Source: Bacteroidales bacterium (GTDB lineage: Bacteria; Bacteroidota; Bacteroidia; Bacteroidales; VadinHA17). Taken from it: DNA of 64,000 nt. A program made the translations under genes and the position numbers. The stretch is from NCBI GenBank assembly GCA_035390825.1, contig DAOOUQ010000003.1:105268-169267 (forward strand), given 5' to 3'. The stretch's first letter is position 1. Each line of letters opens with the position of its first letter. Under the pieces are notes generated by a model that did not search any database, was not told where the DNA came from, and saw only the letters and a program-made list of their open reading frames with translations. Positions 48,924 through 58,340 of this stretch are shown here, piece by piece.

Positions 48924-49598
48924 TCAGTCTCCAAATATATATCCAAATCCTACTTTTGTCCTGATCAGCTTTTTATCAAATCCCTTGTCAATTTTTTTCC
49001 GCAGGAAGTTGACATAAACATCCACCACGTTTGTACTGAAATCAAAGCTTACATCCCAAACCTTTTCAGCGATGTCGTTTCTCGACAGTACCCTTCCGGG
49101 GTTCCTCATGAAATACTCGAGAAGAGAGAACTCCTTGGCAGTCAGGTTTATTACTGAGCCTCCCCTGCGTGCGGCTTTTTTATCGAGATCGAGTTCAAGG
49201 TCGCCGTAAGCAAGTCTTTTCAAAGTGTTATTCGAATGATCGGAGGTTTTCAGCAGGACCTTAACCCTTGCAAGCAGTTCCCTGAACTCAAAAGGTTTAA
49301 CAAGGTAATCATTGGCGCCTGCATCAAAACCTGCAAGCTTGTCGTCGGTTGTGCCCAGTGCAGTCAGCATTAGCACGGGGATGCCCGGATAAAGAGACTT
49401 GAACTTTTTGCAAAGTTCGAGACCGTTTGTACCTGGAATAATTATATCAAGTATAAAGAGATTGTATTTGTACTGTCGGGCTAGTTTGTCGGCAGAAATG
49501 CCATCGTAGGCTAAATCTGCCTCAAAGTGGCTTTCCTCAAGCCCTTTCTTGATAAAGGAGGCCACTTTCGGTTCATCTTCTACAATAAGGATTTTCAT
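48924..49598 (-). CDS. OmpR/PhoB-family response regulator (receiver + winged-helix DNA-binding domain)
   Basis: 224 aa with receiver motifs MKILIVEDE and LFILDIIIPG, and a Trans_reg_C tail (LTAKEFSLLEYFMRNPGRVLSRNDIAEKVW...IRTKVGFGY). Confidence 0.92.
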   Translation of the reverse strand: MKILIVEDEPKVASFIKKGLEESHFEADLAYDGISADKLARQYKYNLFILDIIIPGTNGLELCKKFKSLYPGIPVLMLTALGTTDDKLAGFDAGANDYLVKPFEFRELLARVKVLLKTSDHSNNTLKRLAYGDLELDLDKKAARRGGSVINLTAKEFSLLEYFMRNPGRVLSRNDIAEKVWDVSFDFSTNVVDVYVNFLRKKIDKGFDKKLIRTKVGFGYIFGD

Positions 49599-49768
49599 CT
49601 GGCACTAATATAACTTTGAACTGCATGTTGTAAGAAAATTGATTTATATCATTTGCTAAATATACATATATCCTTGAAATCCTCATAAACAAAGCCCGGG
49701 GAAGAAAGACAATATCACTTTTAACATAATTTTTCCCCGTATTTTCTTTAATGTTATTTTAATTTTAA

Positions 49769-49776
49769 TATCTTTG
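49769..49776 (+). promoter_or_regulatory. Candidate -7 box (TATCTTTG) for the SusC operon
   Basis: Matches the Bacteroides TAnnTTTG consensus 78 nt upstream of the SusC ATG. No clean -33 TTTG is seen. A second candidate, TAACTTTG, lies at 49611-49618. Confidence 0.3.
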
Positions 49777-49820
49777 AGATCAGATGAAGCAAGTTTTAGC
49801 TTGACTTTAATAATGACCAA

Positions 49821-49840
49821 TTTAACTAACCTGTTTAACC
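49821..49840 (+). promoter_or_regulatory. Copy B of the recurring element (TTTAACTAACCTGTTTAACC) in the SusC 5' leader
   Basis: ACCTGTTTAACC (49829-49840) is identical to 58300-58311 and ends 13 nt before the SusC ATG. Confidence 0.4.
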
Positions 49841-49853
49841 AAAACAAACGACT

Positions 49854-52800
49854 ATGCAAATTACTACAAAACTACGGCGTCTTACGCTGTTTTTGTTCAG
49901 TATGGTCATTTCCTCAGGCATAATTTTAGCACAGGAAAAGACCGTAACCGGGAAGGTCACCGCCGAAGGCGAGGGAGCAATCCCGGGTGTAAACGTTACA
50001 GTTCAGGGTACAACCATCGGTGCAATGACAGGTATGGACGGAACATATTCACTGAGGGTGCCGGGGCCGAACGCGGTTCTGGTCTTCTCTTCGGTAGGAT
50101 ATGTAACACAGGCCATAACCGTTGGTTCCCAAACCGTTATCAATGTCAGCCTGGTATCTGACGTTCAGGCACTCCAGGAAGTTGTCGTAACCGGTTATAC
50201 CCAGCAGAGAAGAAGGGACCTTACAGGTGCCATTGCAACAGTTGAACCTGCAAAACTGACCCAGGTTCCGACTCCAAACGTGAGTAATGCACTTCAGGGC
50301 CGTACTGCCGGTGTTACTGTTGTAGGCGACGGCCGGCCGGGAGAAACCTCAAAGGTCAGGATCAGGGGATTCAGCTCCTTCCAGAACAACGACCCTCTTT
50401 ATGTTGTTGACGGTGTGCCCACACAGGATATTTCCTCCCTGAACCCTGCAGACGTTGCTTCTGTATCCGTACTAAAGGATGCCGGTGCAGCTTCTGTTTA
50501 CGGATCAAGGGCATCGAACGGTGTTATAATCGTCACCACCAAAAAAGGCGGCACAGGAGCAAAAGTTACCTATAACATGTATTATGGAACTCAGGATCCG
50601 GGTAAAGGCCCCACCAACCTTCTGAATGCAAAAGAATATGCTGATCTGCAGTGGCTTGTTTATAAAAACGACGGCACCACTGAGGTTCATCCGATTTATG
50701 GCCCCTCAACAGCAGCAAGCCCCACGTTTCCCGAATGGGCAGCAGATACCGACTGGTACGATGCAATAACACATTTTGCACCAATTCAGAATCACGACCT
50801 TTCATTTTCAGCAGGAAACGAAAATTCGAAGTTTTTTGCCGGTCTTGGTGTAAACATGCAGGATGGGATTGTTATTTATACAGATGCCAAGAAGTTTACC
50901 GGGAGATTCAACTCTGAATTTACATTCCTTAACGGGAGAATCAAGGTAGGGGAGAACCTTTCTCTTGCATACCGCACTGGGCACGGTGTTTCCAACCTGA
51001 ACGAAGGAAGCCCGATCCAGGTGGCCTGTTATAGGGCCCAGCCGATTGTTCCGGTTGTGATGACAGTTGCCGTTCCTAACGGGGCCACTCATGCCTTTGT
51101 TCCCGGCGACTGGGGTGGAACTGGTATTGCTCCACGTCTTGGACAGGCCGGAAACGTAGTGGCCAACCAGACCCGGGGCAAGGATAACACAAACTGGAAC
51201 ATCCACCTTATTGGAAGCGCATTCATTGATATCAAATTGCTCCAGGGCCTGAACTTCAAATCGACTCTTGGCGGTACATTCGATAACGGAACATGGAACA
51301 GCTACTCATACAAGACATATGAAAATGCCGAGAATAACTCATCCAACTCATTCCAGGAAGAATCTTATTACGGGAATGACTGGGTATGGACGAACCAGCT
51401 GACTTTTGACAAAACCTTCGGCGACCATAAAATCCTGGCTGTTGCCGGATATGAGGCTGTTAAATATGGCATTGGCCGCGGTATCGGCGGAAGCAGGGCA
51501 TCATACTTCTCGGATGATGTTCTCTATCGAACCCTCAGCAACGGATCAAACATACTAAGTGCCTATGGCTGGCTCAATACACCGACCACCCTTGTATCAC
51601 AGTTCATAAGGACCGACTATTCGCTGATGGATAAATACATGATTAGCGCAACTGTACGTCGCGACGGATCTTCAAGGTTCGGTGCCGGCAACCGCTACGG
51701 GGTTTTCCCTTCCGCCTCTGTTGGCTGGAGGATCAAGAGCGAAAACTTCCTTGCCGATGTCACATGGCTTTCCGATCTCAAATTGAGGGCCTCCTGGGGT
51801 ACAATGGGTAACCAGCTTGCTGTATCTCCCATGAACCAGTTCTTTAACTATGGCGGAGATCCCGGATTATCATTCTATGACATCAACGGAACATTTACTT
51901 CCTCAGTACAGGGATTTGCTCCGACACGTATCGGTAATCCTGATGCAAAATGGGAAACCAACATTACAACAGATATTGGTTTTGAAGCTTCATTCCTTAA
52001 CAATAAGATAGGATTGAAATTCGACTGGTATTCAAAGAAAACAAAGGATCTCCTTTTTAATCCCGAAGTGCCTGGCACTGTAGGTGCTGCAGATGTACCC
52101 TATGTAAACGTTGCTTCAATGTCGAATACAGGTGTTGATATCGAAGTTTCGTACAGGAACCAGTGGGGCGATCTGGGATTCGACGGGAGCATTGTCGCAA
52201 CCACTTATAAGAACAATATTGATAAAATTGCCGAAGGGATCACCTTCTTTGATCCTTATAATGACGCTAATACCGCAAACAGGATCAATGGCGTTCCCGT
52301 ACGCAACATGGTTGGGCACCCGATGTCAGCATTCTTTGGCTATCATGTTCTTGGCTTGTTCCAGAGCCAGGCTGAGGTTGATGCTGCCCCCGAACAGTCG
52401 GGCGCTGAAGCAGGTTTCTTCCGCTTCGACGATACAAACGGTGACGGTAGTATAACTCCTGATGACAGGACATTCATTGGCAATCCCAACCCCAAATTCA
52501 CATACGGTGTTAACCTTGCCTTTACCTACAAAAACTTCGACCTGACAGCATTCCTTTACGGATCACAGGGTAACGATATCTTTAACTGGAACACATGGTG
52601 GGTCGATTTCTGGCCATCGTTCCAGGGACAGAAAAGCAAAAATGCCCTCTACAACAGCTGGACTCCGCAAAGAACAAATGCAACCACCCCGAAAGCATCC
52701 AACAAGTCTAATTTCTCGACAAATAACGAAATCAACGACTATTACATTGAAGATGGATCGTTCCTCCGTCTGAAAAACCTTCAGATCGGATATACAATTC

Positions 52801-52991
52801 CTGAAAGTGTTACGAGCAAAATTAATATCGGATCAATCAGGGTCTATTTGCAGGGAGTTAACCTGTTTACAATTACAAAATACTCAGGGCTTGATCCCGA
52901 ACTTGGCGGCTGGGACACAACCTTCGGTATGGATGCCGGAAACTATCCTCTGGTTAAACAGTACCTTGTAGGTTTAAATGTGAATTTTTAA
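49854..52991 (+). CDS. SusC/RagA-family TonB-linked outer-membrane protein
   Basis: 1045 aa with a CarboxypepD_reg N-domain (VTGKVTAEGEGAIPGVNVTVQGT), a plug (VVVTGYTQQRRRD) and the C-terminus VGLNVNF. Confidence 0.9.
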   Translation: MQITTKLRRLTLFLFSMVISSGIILAQEKTVTGKVTAEGEGAIPGVNVTVQGTTIGAMTGMDGTYSLRVPGPNAVLVFSSVGYVTQAITVGSQTVINVSLVSDVQALQEVVVTGYTQQRRRDLTGAIATVEPAKLTQVPTPNVSNALQGRTAGVTVVGDGRPGETSKVRIRGFSSFQNNDPLYVVDGVPTQDISSLNPADVASVSVLKDAGAASVYGSRASNGVIIVTTKKGGTGAKVTYNMYYGTQDPGKGPTNLLNAKEYADLQWLVYKNDGTTEVHPIYGPSTAASPTFPEWAADTDWYDAITHFAPIQNHDLSFSAGNENSKFFAGLGVNMQDGIVIYTDAKKFTGRFNSEFTFLNGRIKVGENLSLAYRTGHGVSNLNEGSPIQVACYRAQPIVPVVMTVAVPNGATHAFVPGDWGGTGIAPRLGQAGNVVANQTRGKDNTNWNIHLIGSAFIDIKLLQGLNFKSTLGGTFDNGTWNSYSYKTYENAENNSSNSFQEESYYGNDWVWTNQLTFDKTFGDHKILAVAGYEAVKYGIGRGIGGSRASYFSDDVLYRTLSNGSNILSAYGWLNTPTTLVSQFIRTDYSLMDKYMISATVRRDGSSRFGAGNRYGVFPSASVGWRIKSENFLADVTWLSDLKLRASWGTMGNQLAVSPMNQFFNYGGDPGLSFYDINGTFTSSVQGFAPTRIGNPDAKWETNITTDIGFEASFLNNKIGLKFDWYSKKTKDLLFNPEVPGTVGAADVPYVNVASMSNTGVDIEVSYRNQWGDLGFDGSIVATTYKNNIDKIAEGITFFDPYNDANTANRINGVPVRNMVGHPMSAFFGYHVLGLFQSQAEVDAAPEQSGAEAGFFRFDDTNGDGSITPDDRTFIGNPNPKFTYGVNLAFTYKNFDLTAFLYGSQGNDIFNWNTWWVDFWPSFQGQKSKNALYNSWTPQRTNATTPKASNKSNFSTNNEINDYYIEDGSFLRLKNLQIGYTIPESVTSKINIGSIRVYLQGVNLFTITKYSGLDPELGGWDTTFGMDAGNYPLVKQYLVGLNVNF

Positions 52992-53010
52992 CAGTATAAT
53001 ATGAAATAAT

Positions 53011-54894
53011 ATGAAAAATAGATCTTTAATATTTTTCTTAATTCTTGCCGGGATCCTATTGATTGGTTCCTGTAAGGAAGACTTTCTGACAGTAAAACCA
53101 GCAGGTTCACTCGACGAAAACATACTTGCCGATGATCCGGGTATAGAAGCGATGCTGATTGGCTGTTATGCATGCCTTGATGGTCAGGGCGGACCCGGGG
53201 GCTGGGGTTCAGCAACCTCTAACTGGGTTTATGGATCCATTAGAGGAATGGAAGCCAACAAAGGTTCAGATGCCGGTGACCAGCCTTTTATCAACCCGAT
53301 ACAGACATTCAGTGAAACGTCAACAAATGACTATCTGAACGTGAAATGGAGAACTGTATATGATGCTATAACAAGATGCAATAAAACAATCATTATCATT
53401 AACAAAGCTCTGGAAAAAGGTACGATATCACAGTCTGATGCAGATCTTTGGACACAGCAGGCACGGGTCCTGAGGGGATGGTATCATTTTGATGCCTGGA
53501 GAATGTGGGGCGGCAAGATCCCGTATGTTGATGAAAATACTGATCCCTATACAGTTACAAATACAGCTGATGTCAGGGCACAGATAATTGCCGATCTTAC
53601 TGAAGGCACAAAGCTCCCTTTAAACATGGGAGCCATAGGAAGGTTCAACAAAACTGTAAGCCAGATCCTTCTCGCAAAAGCTGAGATGGAAATGAACAAG
53701 GATTACGCTAAGGCCCTCGTGCTGCTGAACGATGCAAAAAACACGGGTAAAAAGCCCAATGGAGCTGATATAGGCCTTGCTCCAACTTATGGTGAGATAT
53801 TTGATATTGCCAACCGCAACGGTATCGAATGCATCTATACTGTACAGTATTCGGTAAACGACAACTCGGGCGGAACCAACGGCGGAAACGGTGAGGTCCT
53901 TAACTTCCCGTATAACGGCAATGCCCCGGGTACCTGCTGCGGATTCTTCAACCCGACACAGGATTTCGTAAATTCATTCAGAACCAATGCTCAGGGGTTG
54001 CCTTATCTTGATAATTATAATAGTTATCCAGTGTTAAATGATCAGGGATGTCCCACAGAAAACAATTGGGACGCCGGCACTACCTATTCAAAGAAGGATG
54101 TTGTTATCGTCACCGATCCATCAGAAGCACCTAATCGTCAGGTAAAAGCATACGTATCCTTGACTGAAGGGAATATAGGACATCCGCCACTTACAAGTCC
54201 GACTTACTGGGCTGTTCAGTGGCAGGAAGACCCCGATCCATTGGATCCTCGTCTCGACTGGTCAGTGGGAAGAAGGGGAATCCCTTACTGGGATTGGGGA
54301 ATTCATACAGGTATGAACTGGATACGAGACCAGACCTATTCTGGTCCTTACAGTCCGAAAAAACAGGTTTACAAAAAATCACAGACAGGCACCTATACCG
54401 AAGTAGGAAGCTGGACATCAGGCTATACGGCAAATGGATACCGTATGATACGTTATGCTGACCTCCTTCTGTTGCTTGCTGAATGTGAAATTGAAGCCGG
54501 AAGCCTCGAAAACGCAAGGGCCCTGATAAACCAGGTTCGAACCAGGGCTTCAAATCCTGACGGATTCGTAAAGGATGGTAATGTCCCTGCTGCAAACTAT
54601 GTTGTAAGTCCGTATCCTTTAACAGGAGCACCTTTCGATACAAAAGAAAATGCCCGCAAGGCTCTCTACATGGAAAGGAAACTTGAACTCGGTCAGGAGG
54701 GTCATAGATGGTTCGACCTTAACAGATGGGGAATAACAGTGGCTGAACTTTCAAAGGTCCTTGCCTATGAGAAGAGCATGCCATGGGGTGATAAATTGTA
54801 CCAGGGTGCTGCATTGGGCCCGGAAGATGTTTCCTTCCCGATCCCGCAGCGCCAGATCGACCTGAGTGAAGGTAATATCGTGCAGAACCGATAG
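53011..54894 (+). CDS. SusD/RagB-family nutrient-binding lipoprotein
   Basis: 627 aa with a lipobox (LLIGSCKE) and a SusD C-terminal block (MERKLELGQEGHRWFDLNRWG). Confidence 0.9.
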   Translation: MKNRSLIFFLILAGILLIGSCKEDFLTVKPAGSLDENILADDPGIEAMLIGCYACLDGQGGPGGWGSATSNWVYGSIRGMEANKGSDAGDQPFINPIQTFSETSTNDYLNVKWRTVYDAITRCNKTIIIINKALEKGTISQSDADLWTQQARVLRGWYHFDAWRMWGGKIPYVDENTDPYTVTNTADVRAQIIADLTEGTKLPLNMGAIGRFNKTVSQILLAKAEMEMNKDYAKALVLLNDAKNTGKKPNGADIGLAPTYGEIFDIANRNGIECIYTVQYSVNDNSGGTNGGNGEVLNFPYNGNAPGTCCGFFNPTQDFVNSFRTNAQGLPYLDNYNSYPVLNDQGCPTENNWDAGTTYSKKDVVIVTDPSEAPNRQVKAYVSLTEGNIGHPPLTSPTYWAVQWQEDPDPLDPRLDWSVGRRGIPYWDWGIHTGMNWIRDQTYSGPYSPKKQVYKKSQTGTYTEVGSWTSGYTANGYRMIRYADLLLLLAECEIEAGSLENARALINQVRTRASNPDGFVKDGNVPAANYVVSPYPLTGAPFDTKENARKALYMERKLELGQEGHRWFDLNRWGITVAELSKVLAYEKSMPWGDKLYQGAALGPEDVSFPIPQRQIDLSEGNIVQNR

Positions 54895-54921
54895 TACGTT
54901 CCTGTAATTGTAATTTAGAGT

Positions 54922-54954
54922 TAAGGACATGCCCTGGCATGTCCTTATTTTTTT
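54922..54954 (+). terminator. Rho-independent terminator/attenuator after SusD
   Basis: 11-bp stem TAAGGACATGC / GCATGTCCTTA with the loop CCTG, followed by a run of seven T. The next gene starts only 26 nt downstream. Confidence 0.7.
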
Positions 54955-54979
54955 ATCTTAGCATAAATAAACCACCGGG

Positions 54980-57900
54980 ATGAACAGACTTTTTATCATT
55001 CTTTGTGCTTCATTGCTAATCTCCTGTTCCGATCCCTCCAAATTTGTGCTGATGGATCCGGGACATACCGGAATAGATTTTAATAATACTGTTATCGAAT
55101 CCGACAGCCTTAACCTTATGAATTATGAATATCTTTTTAATGGTGCCGGAGTCGGAACCGGCGACCTGAACAATGACGGGCTTACTGACCTTGTTTTTGC
55201 AGGCAACCAGGTGTCTTCAAGAGTTTATCTGAACACGGGGGATTTCAGGTTCAGGGATATAACCGCGAATCTGAAAGGGCTGGCAAATGATCAATGGTAC
55301 AGTGGTGTGGCAATGGCTGACGTGAATAATGACGGGTGGCTCGATATCTATCTTACTTCAACTGGAGGAAAAACAAGGGAAAAACGTAAAAACCGCCTGT
55401 GGATAAATGGAGGATGTCGGAAAGGCCAGGATCCCGTCTTCACTGAACTTTCTGAAGAATCTGGCATAGCATGCGATGATCAATCAGTCGCAGCTGCATT
55501 TTTTGACTATGACCTTGACGGATTCCCTGATCTTTACGTTCTGAACAATGAGATTACTTATCCTGCCGTATCGACATACCGTCAGAAGATATCCGACGGA
55601 ACAGCACCCAATAATGACAGGCTCTATCACAATAATGGCGACGGAACATTTACTGATGTTACTTTGGAAGCCGGTATCCGGAACGAAGGCTTCGGAATGG
55701 GTCTGGCTGTAAGCGACCTGAACAAGGACGGATACCCCGATCTTTACATATCGAACGATCTTCTTGCAAATGATGTTTTATACATAAATCAGGGTGACGG
55801 ATCTTTTCGCAACGAAATCGAAAAATACATTTCATACCAGTCGAGGACTTCAAAAGGCAATGATATCGCTGACATAAACGGTGACGGAAATCCGGATATC
55901 TGTACCCTCGATATGATGCCTTCAGATTATCAGAAGAAAAAACAAACCATAAACGGGTTTAACTATAGTTTTTATGAAGCCGATAAAGAATTCGGTTATG
56001 AACATCAATATCTGAGAAATATGCTCCATCTGCACAATGGATTTCTGAATGGCAGGCTCCTCCCTTTCAGCGAATCAGGTCAGATGATGGGAATGTCGGA
56101 GACTGACTGGAGCTGGTCTCCACTGTTTGCGGATTTTGATAATGACGGCGACAGGGACCTGCTTGTCACAACCGGATTTCCCAGAGATATCAGGGATAAA
56201 GACTGGACAAAGATAAAAGCTTCAGCTGCCGGATCGCTTACTACCGAAAAAGGACTATCAGAAATGGCACCATCTCTGAAAATCCCGAATGTCGCTTTTG
56301 AGAACAGGGGCGATTCGATATTTGTTCCAGCAAATGACTGGTTCCCTGATATCCCTTCATTTTCATATGGGGCAGCGTTTGCGGACCTTGATAATGACGG
56401 AGATCTTGATTATGTGATAAATAATATTAACGACAAAGCTTTCGTATACAGGAACGTAACAGTCGAAAAGTCGAAAAAACCTTCAAATTTTCTAAAGATC
56501 AGGCTCATCGGCCCCGACACCAATCCTCTGGCTTTGGGGGCGAAGGCAGAGCTTTGGTGCGGCGGAAAAATCCAGTACTATGAACATTTTCTGACAAGAG
56601 GCTATGCTTCTTCCGTGGATCCTGTTATCCATTTCGGGCTGGCTGATATACAGATTGCTGATTCTCTAAGGATTACCTGGCCGGGGGATTCATACTTCTC
56701 TGTTCTCAAAAATATAACAGCAAACCAGACCATAGAGATAAGATTTGAAAACTCAGTTCCCTGGAAAAAACCACAAGAACGTAACAGGAATTCCGGGTTG
56801 CTGTTTTGCGTTAACGACAGCATACTTGATTATTCACACCAACAGGATGATTTCAACGATTTCAGACAGAATCAGAAAATAATACCACACAAGTTTTCGC
56901 AGATCGGCCCCTGTCTTGCAAAAGGAGATATTGACGGCGACGGCAACGAAGACATTGTTACCGGTGCAACTCTTAGTCAGCCATCGATGGTGTTTTTGGG
57001 TCGTGGAGACAAGTTTCAGCGTACTGAATTTGAAGGATTTACTGCAATGAAACAAGTCCCGGAATCGAATATTGCCATCGTAGATTACGACAATGATGGT
57101 GACAACGATATTATTGTGATGGCCGGAGGGTATGAGAATCAGTCGGAGAATGAATACAAGCATTTCATTTACGAGAAACGGAACTCATCTTTCATAAGTC
57201 ATCCTCTTAATGCACCGGCTTTCCCAGCTTCAGTAGTCCGTCCCTGCGATTTTGACAATGATGGTGATATTGATCTGTTCATAGGTTCAAGGGTAAAGAA
57301 AGGAATGTTCCCCTACGCGAATCATTCATGGATACTTCTAAACAAGAACGGACGATATTCAGCTGATCCTGATTTCAGGCTAAACCTGGGTATGGTTACC
57401 GATGCGGTATGGACCGATTACAACAGGGATGGATGGACTGATCTGCTGGTGGCAAGAGACTGGAATTCGATAGTGCTGTTAAAAAATGAAAATGGAAAGA
57501 GGTTCGTTCCTCAGGTAATTCCGGAAATTGAATCAAAACATGGATTATGGTATTCAATTTCAGCAGCCGACCTCGATGGAGACGGTGATGAGGATTATAT
57601 CGCCGGCAACCTGGGCGAAAACCACAGGTTCCCTTTAAATGACCTGCACCCAATGAAACTATATGCGATAGATCTGGAACCCGATGGAAATCTTGATCCC
57701 CTTATTACTGCATTTTATAATGATCAGGACGGTAAGCCGGCTGAATACCCCCTTAATTATCTCGATGAGCTATGGTCACAATCCCCGTTTATGGAAGGAA
57801 GATGCAAGGACTACTCATCTTTCAGTATGCTTGATTTTGATGAGCTAATACCTGAAGCAATAAGAAAACGTCTTGAGTTCAGCCTTTATGTAAATTCAAC

Positions 57901-58285
57901 ATCAAGTTATATCATTTGGAATGATAATGGCAGGTTCAGGTGGGAAAGACTGCCGTGGCAGGCACAGCTTTCTCCCTTAACAGGAATGATAATCCGTGAT
58001 CTCAACGGCGACTCACTTCCTGACATAATTGCGATTGGCAACGACTTTTCATGGGGTCTGGCCACAGGATATCTTGACGGCAACAAAGGACTGATATTAA
58101 TAAATGAGACAGAAAAAAAGGCTAAAGGCGGAAATGCCTCATTTAAGGCATTGGGCCCTTCAGAGAGCGGATTTTTTGTAAACGGGATGGCAGGATCTTT
58201 GCTCTGGATGGAAGGTGAAAATCCATTGCTTGTTGCAGGCATAAACAGATCGAAGGCACTGGTATTTAAATATAATACAAAATAG
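54980..58285 (+). CDS. Giant VCBS/FG-GAP + ASPIC/UnbV lipoprotein (CRTAC1-like), paralog 1
   Basis: 1101 aa with a lipobox (LLISCS) and many DxDxDG loops (DLNNDGLTDLVF, DVNNDGWLDIY, DFDNDGDRDLL, DLDNDGDLDYV, DYDNDGDNDII). There is a central ASPIC block (NFLKIRLIG...DPVIHFGLA...LRITWPG). Confidence 0.85.
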   Translation: MNRLFIILCASLLISCSDPSKFVLMDPGHTGIDFNNTVIESDSLNLMNYEYLFNGAGVGTGDLNNDGLTDLVFAGNQVSSRVYLNTGDFRFRDITANLKGLANDQWYSGVAMADVNNDGWLDIYLTSTGGKTREKRKNRLWINGGCRKGQDPVFTELSEESGIACDDQSVAAAFFDYDLDGFPDLYVLNNEITYPAVSTYRQKISDGTAPNNDRLYHNNGDGTFTDVTLEAGIRNEGFGMGLAVSDLNKDGYPDLYISNDLLANDVLYINQGDGSFRNEIEKYISYQSRTSKGNDIADINGDGNPDICTLDMMPSDYQKKKQTINGFNYSFYEADKEFGYEHQYLRNMLHLHNGFLNGRLLPFSESGQMMGMSETDWSWSPLFADFDNDGDRDLLVTTGFPRDIRDKDWTKIKASAAGSLTTEKGLSEMAPSLKIPNVAFENRGDSIFVPANDWFPDIPSFSYGAAFADLDNDGDLDYVINNINDKAFVYRNVTVEKSKKPSNFLKIRLIGPDTNPLALGAKAELWCGGKIQYYEHFLTRGYASSVDPVIHFGLADIQIADSLRITWPGDSYFSVLKNITANQTIEIRFENSVPWKKPQERNRNSGLLFCVNDSILDYSHQQDDFNDFRQNQKIIPHKFSQIGPCLAKGDIDGDGNEDIVTGATLSQPSMVFLGRGDKFQRTEFEGFTAMKQVPESNIAIVDYDNDGDNDIIVMAGGYENQSENEYKHFIYEKRNSSFISHPLNAPAFPASVVRPCDFDNDGDIDLFIGSRVKKGMFPYANHSWILLNKNGRYSADPDFRLNLGMVTDAVWTDYNRDGWTDLLVARDWNSIVLLKNENGKRFVPQVIPEIESKHGLWYSISAADLDGDGDEDYIAGNLGENHRFPLNDLHPMKLYAIDLEPDGNLDPLITAFYNDQDGKPAEYPLNYLDELWSQSPFMEGRCKDYSSFSMLDFDELIPEAIRKRLEFSLYVNSTSSYIIWNDNGRFRWERLPWQAQLSPLTGMIIRDLNGDSLPDIIAIGNDFSWGLATGYLDGNKGLILINETEKKAKGGNASFKALGPSESGFFVNGMAGSLLWMEGENPLLVAGINRSKALVFKYNTK

Positions 58286-58299
58286 CTGAAGGGGCAGGC

Positions 58300-58317
58300 A
58301 CCTGTTTAACCTGAAAT
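58300..58317 (+). promoter_or_regulatory. Copy C of the recurring element (ACCTGTTTAACCTGAAAT) in the FISUMP gene leader
   Basis: Matches 47229-47246 at 16 of 18 positions, and its first 12 nt are identical to 49829-49840. It ends 23 nt before the ATG at 58341. Confidence 0.4.
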
Positions 58318-58340
58318 GGTTATATTGGTAATTTATCGGT

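Noticed and set aside
48831-49157. A 108-aa plus-strand ORF starting in the RR-HK spacer.
   Set aside because: Its N-terminus is simply the translated TTCGGA repeat cluster, and the rest is antisense to the response regulator.
29089-49598. The 20-kb single-strand accessory block as a horizontally acquired island or mobile element.
   Set aside because: No integrase, transposase, tRNA target, flanking direct repeats or obvious compositional break is visible by eye. Island status cannot be supported from this window.
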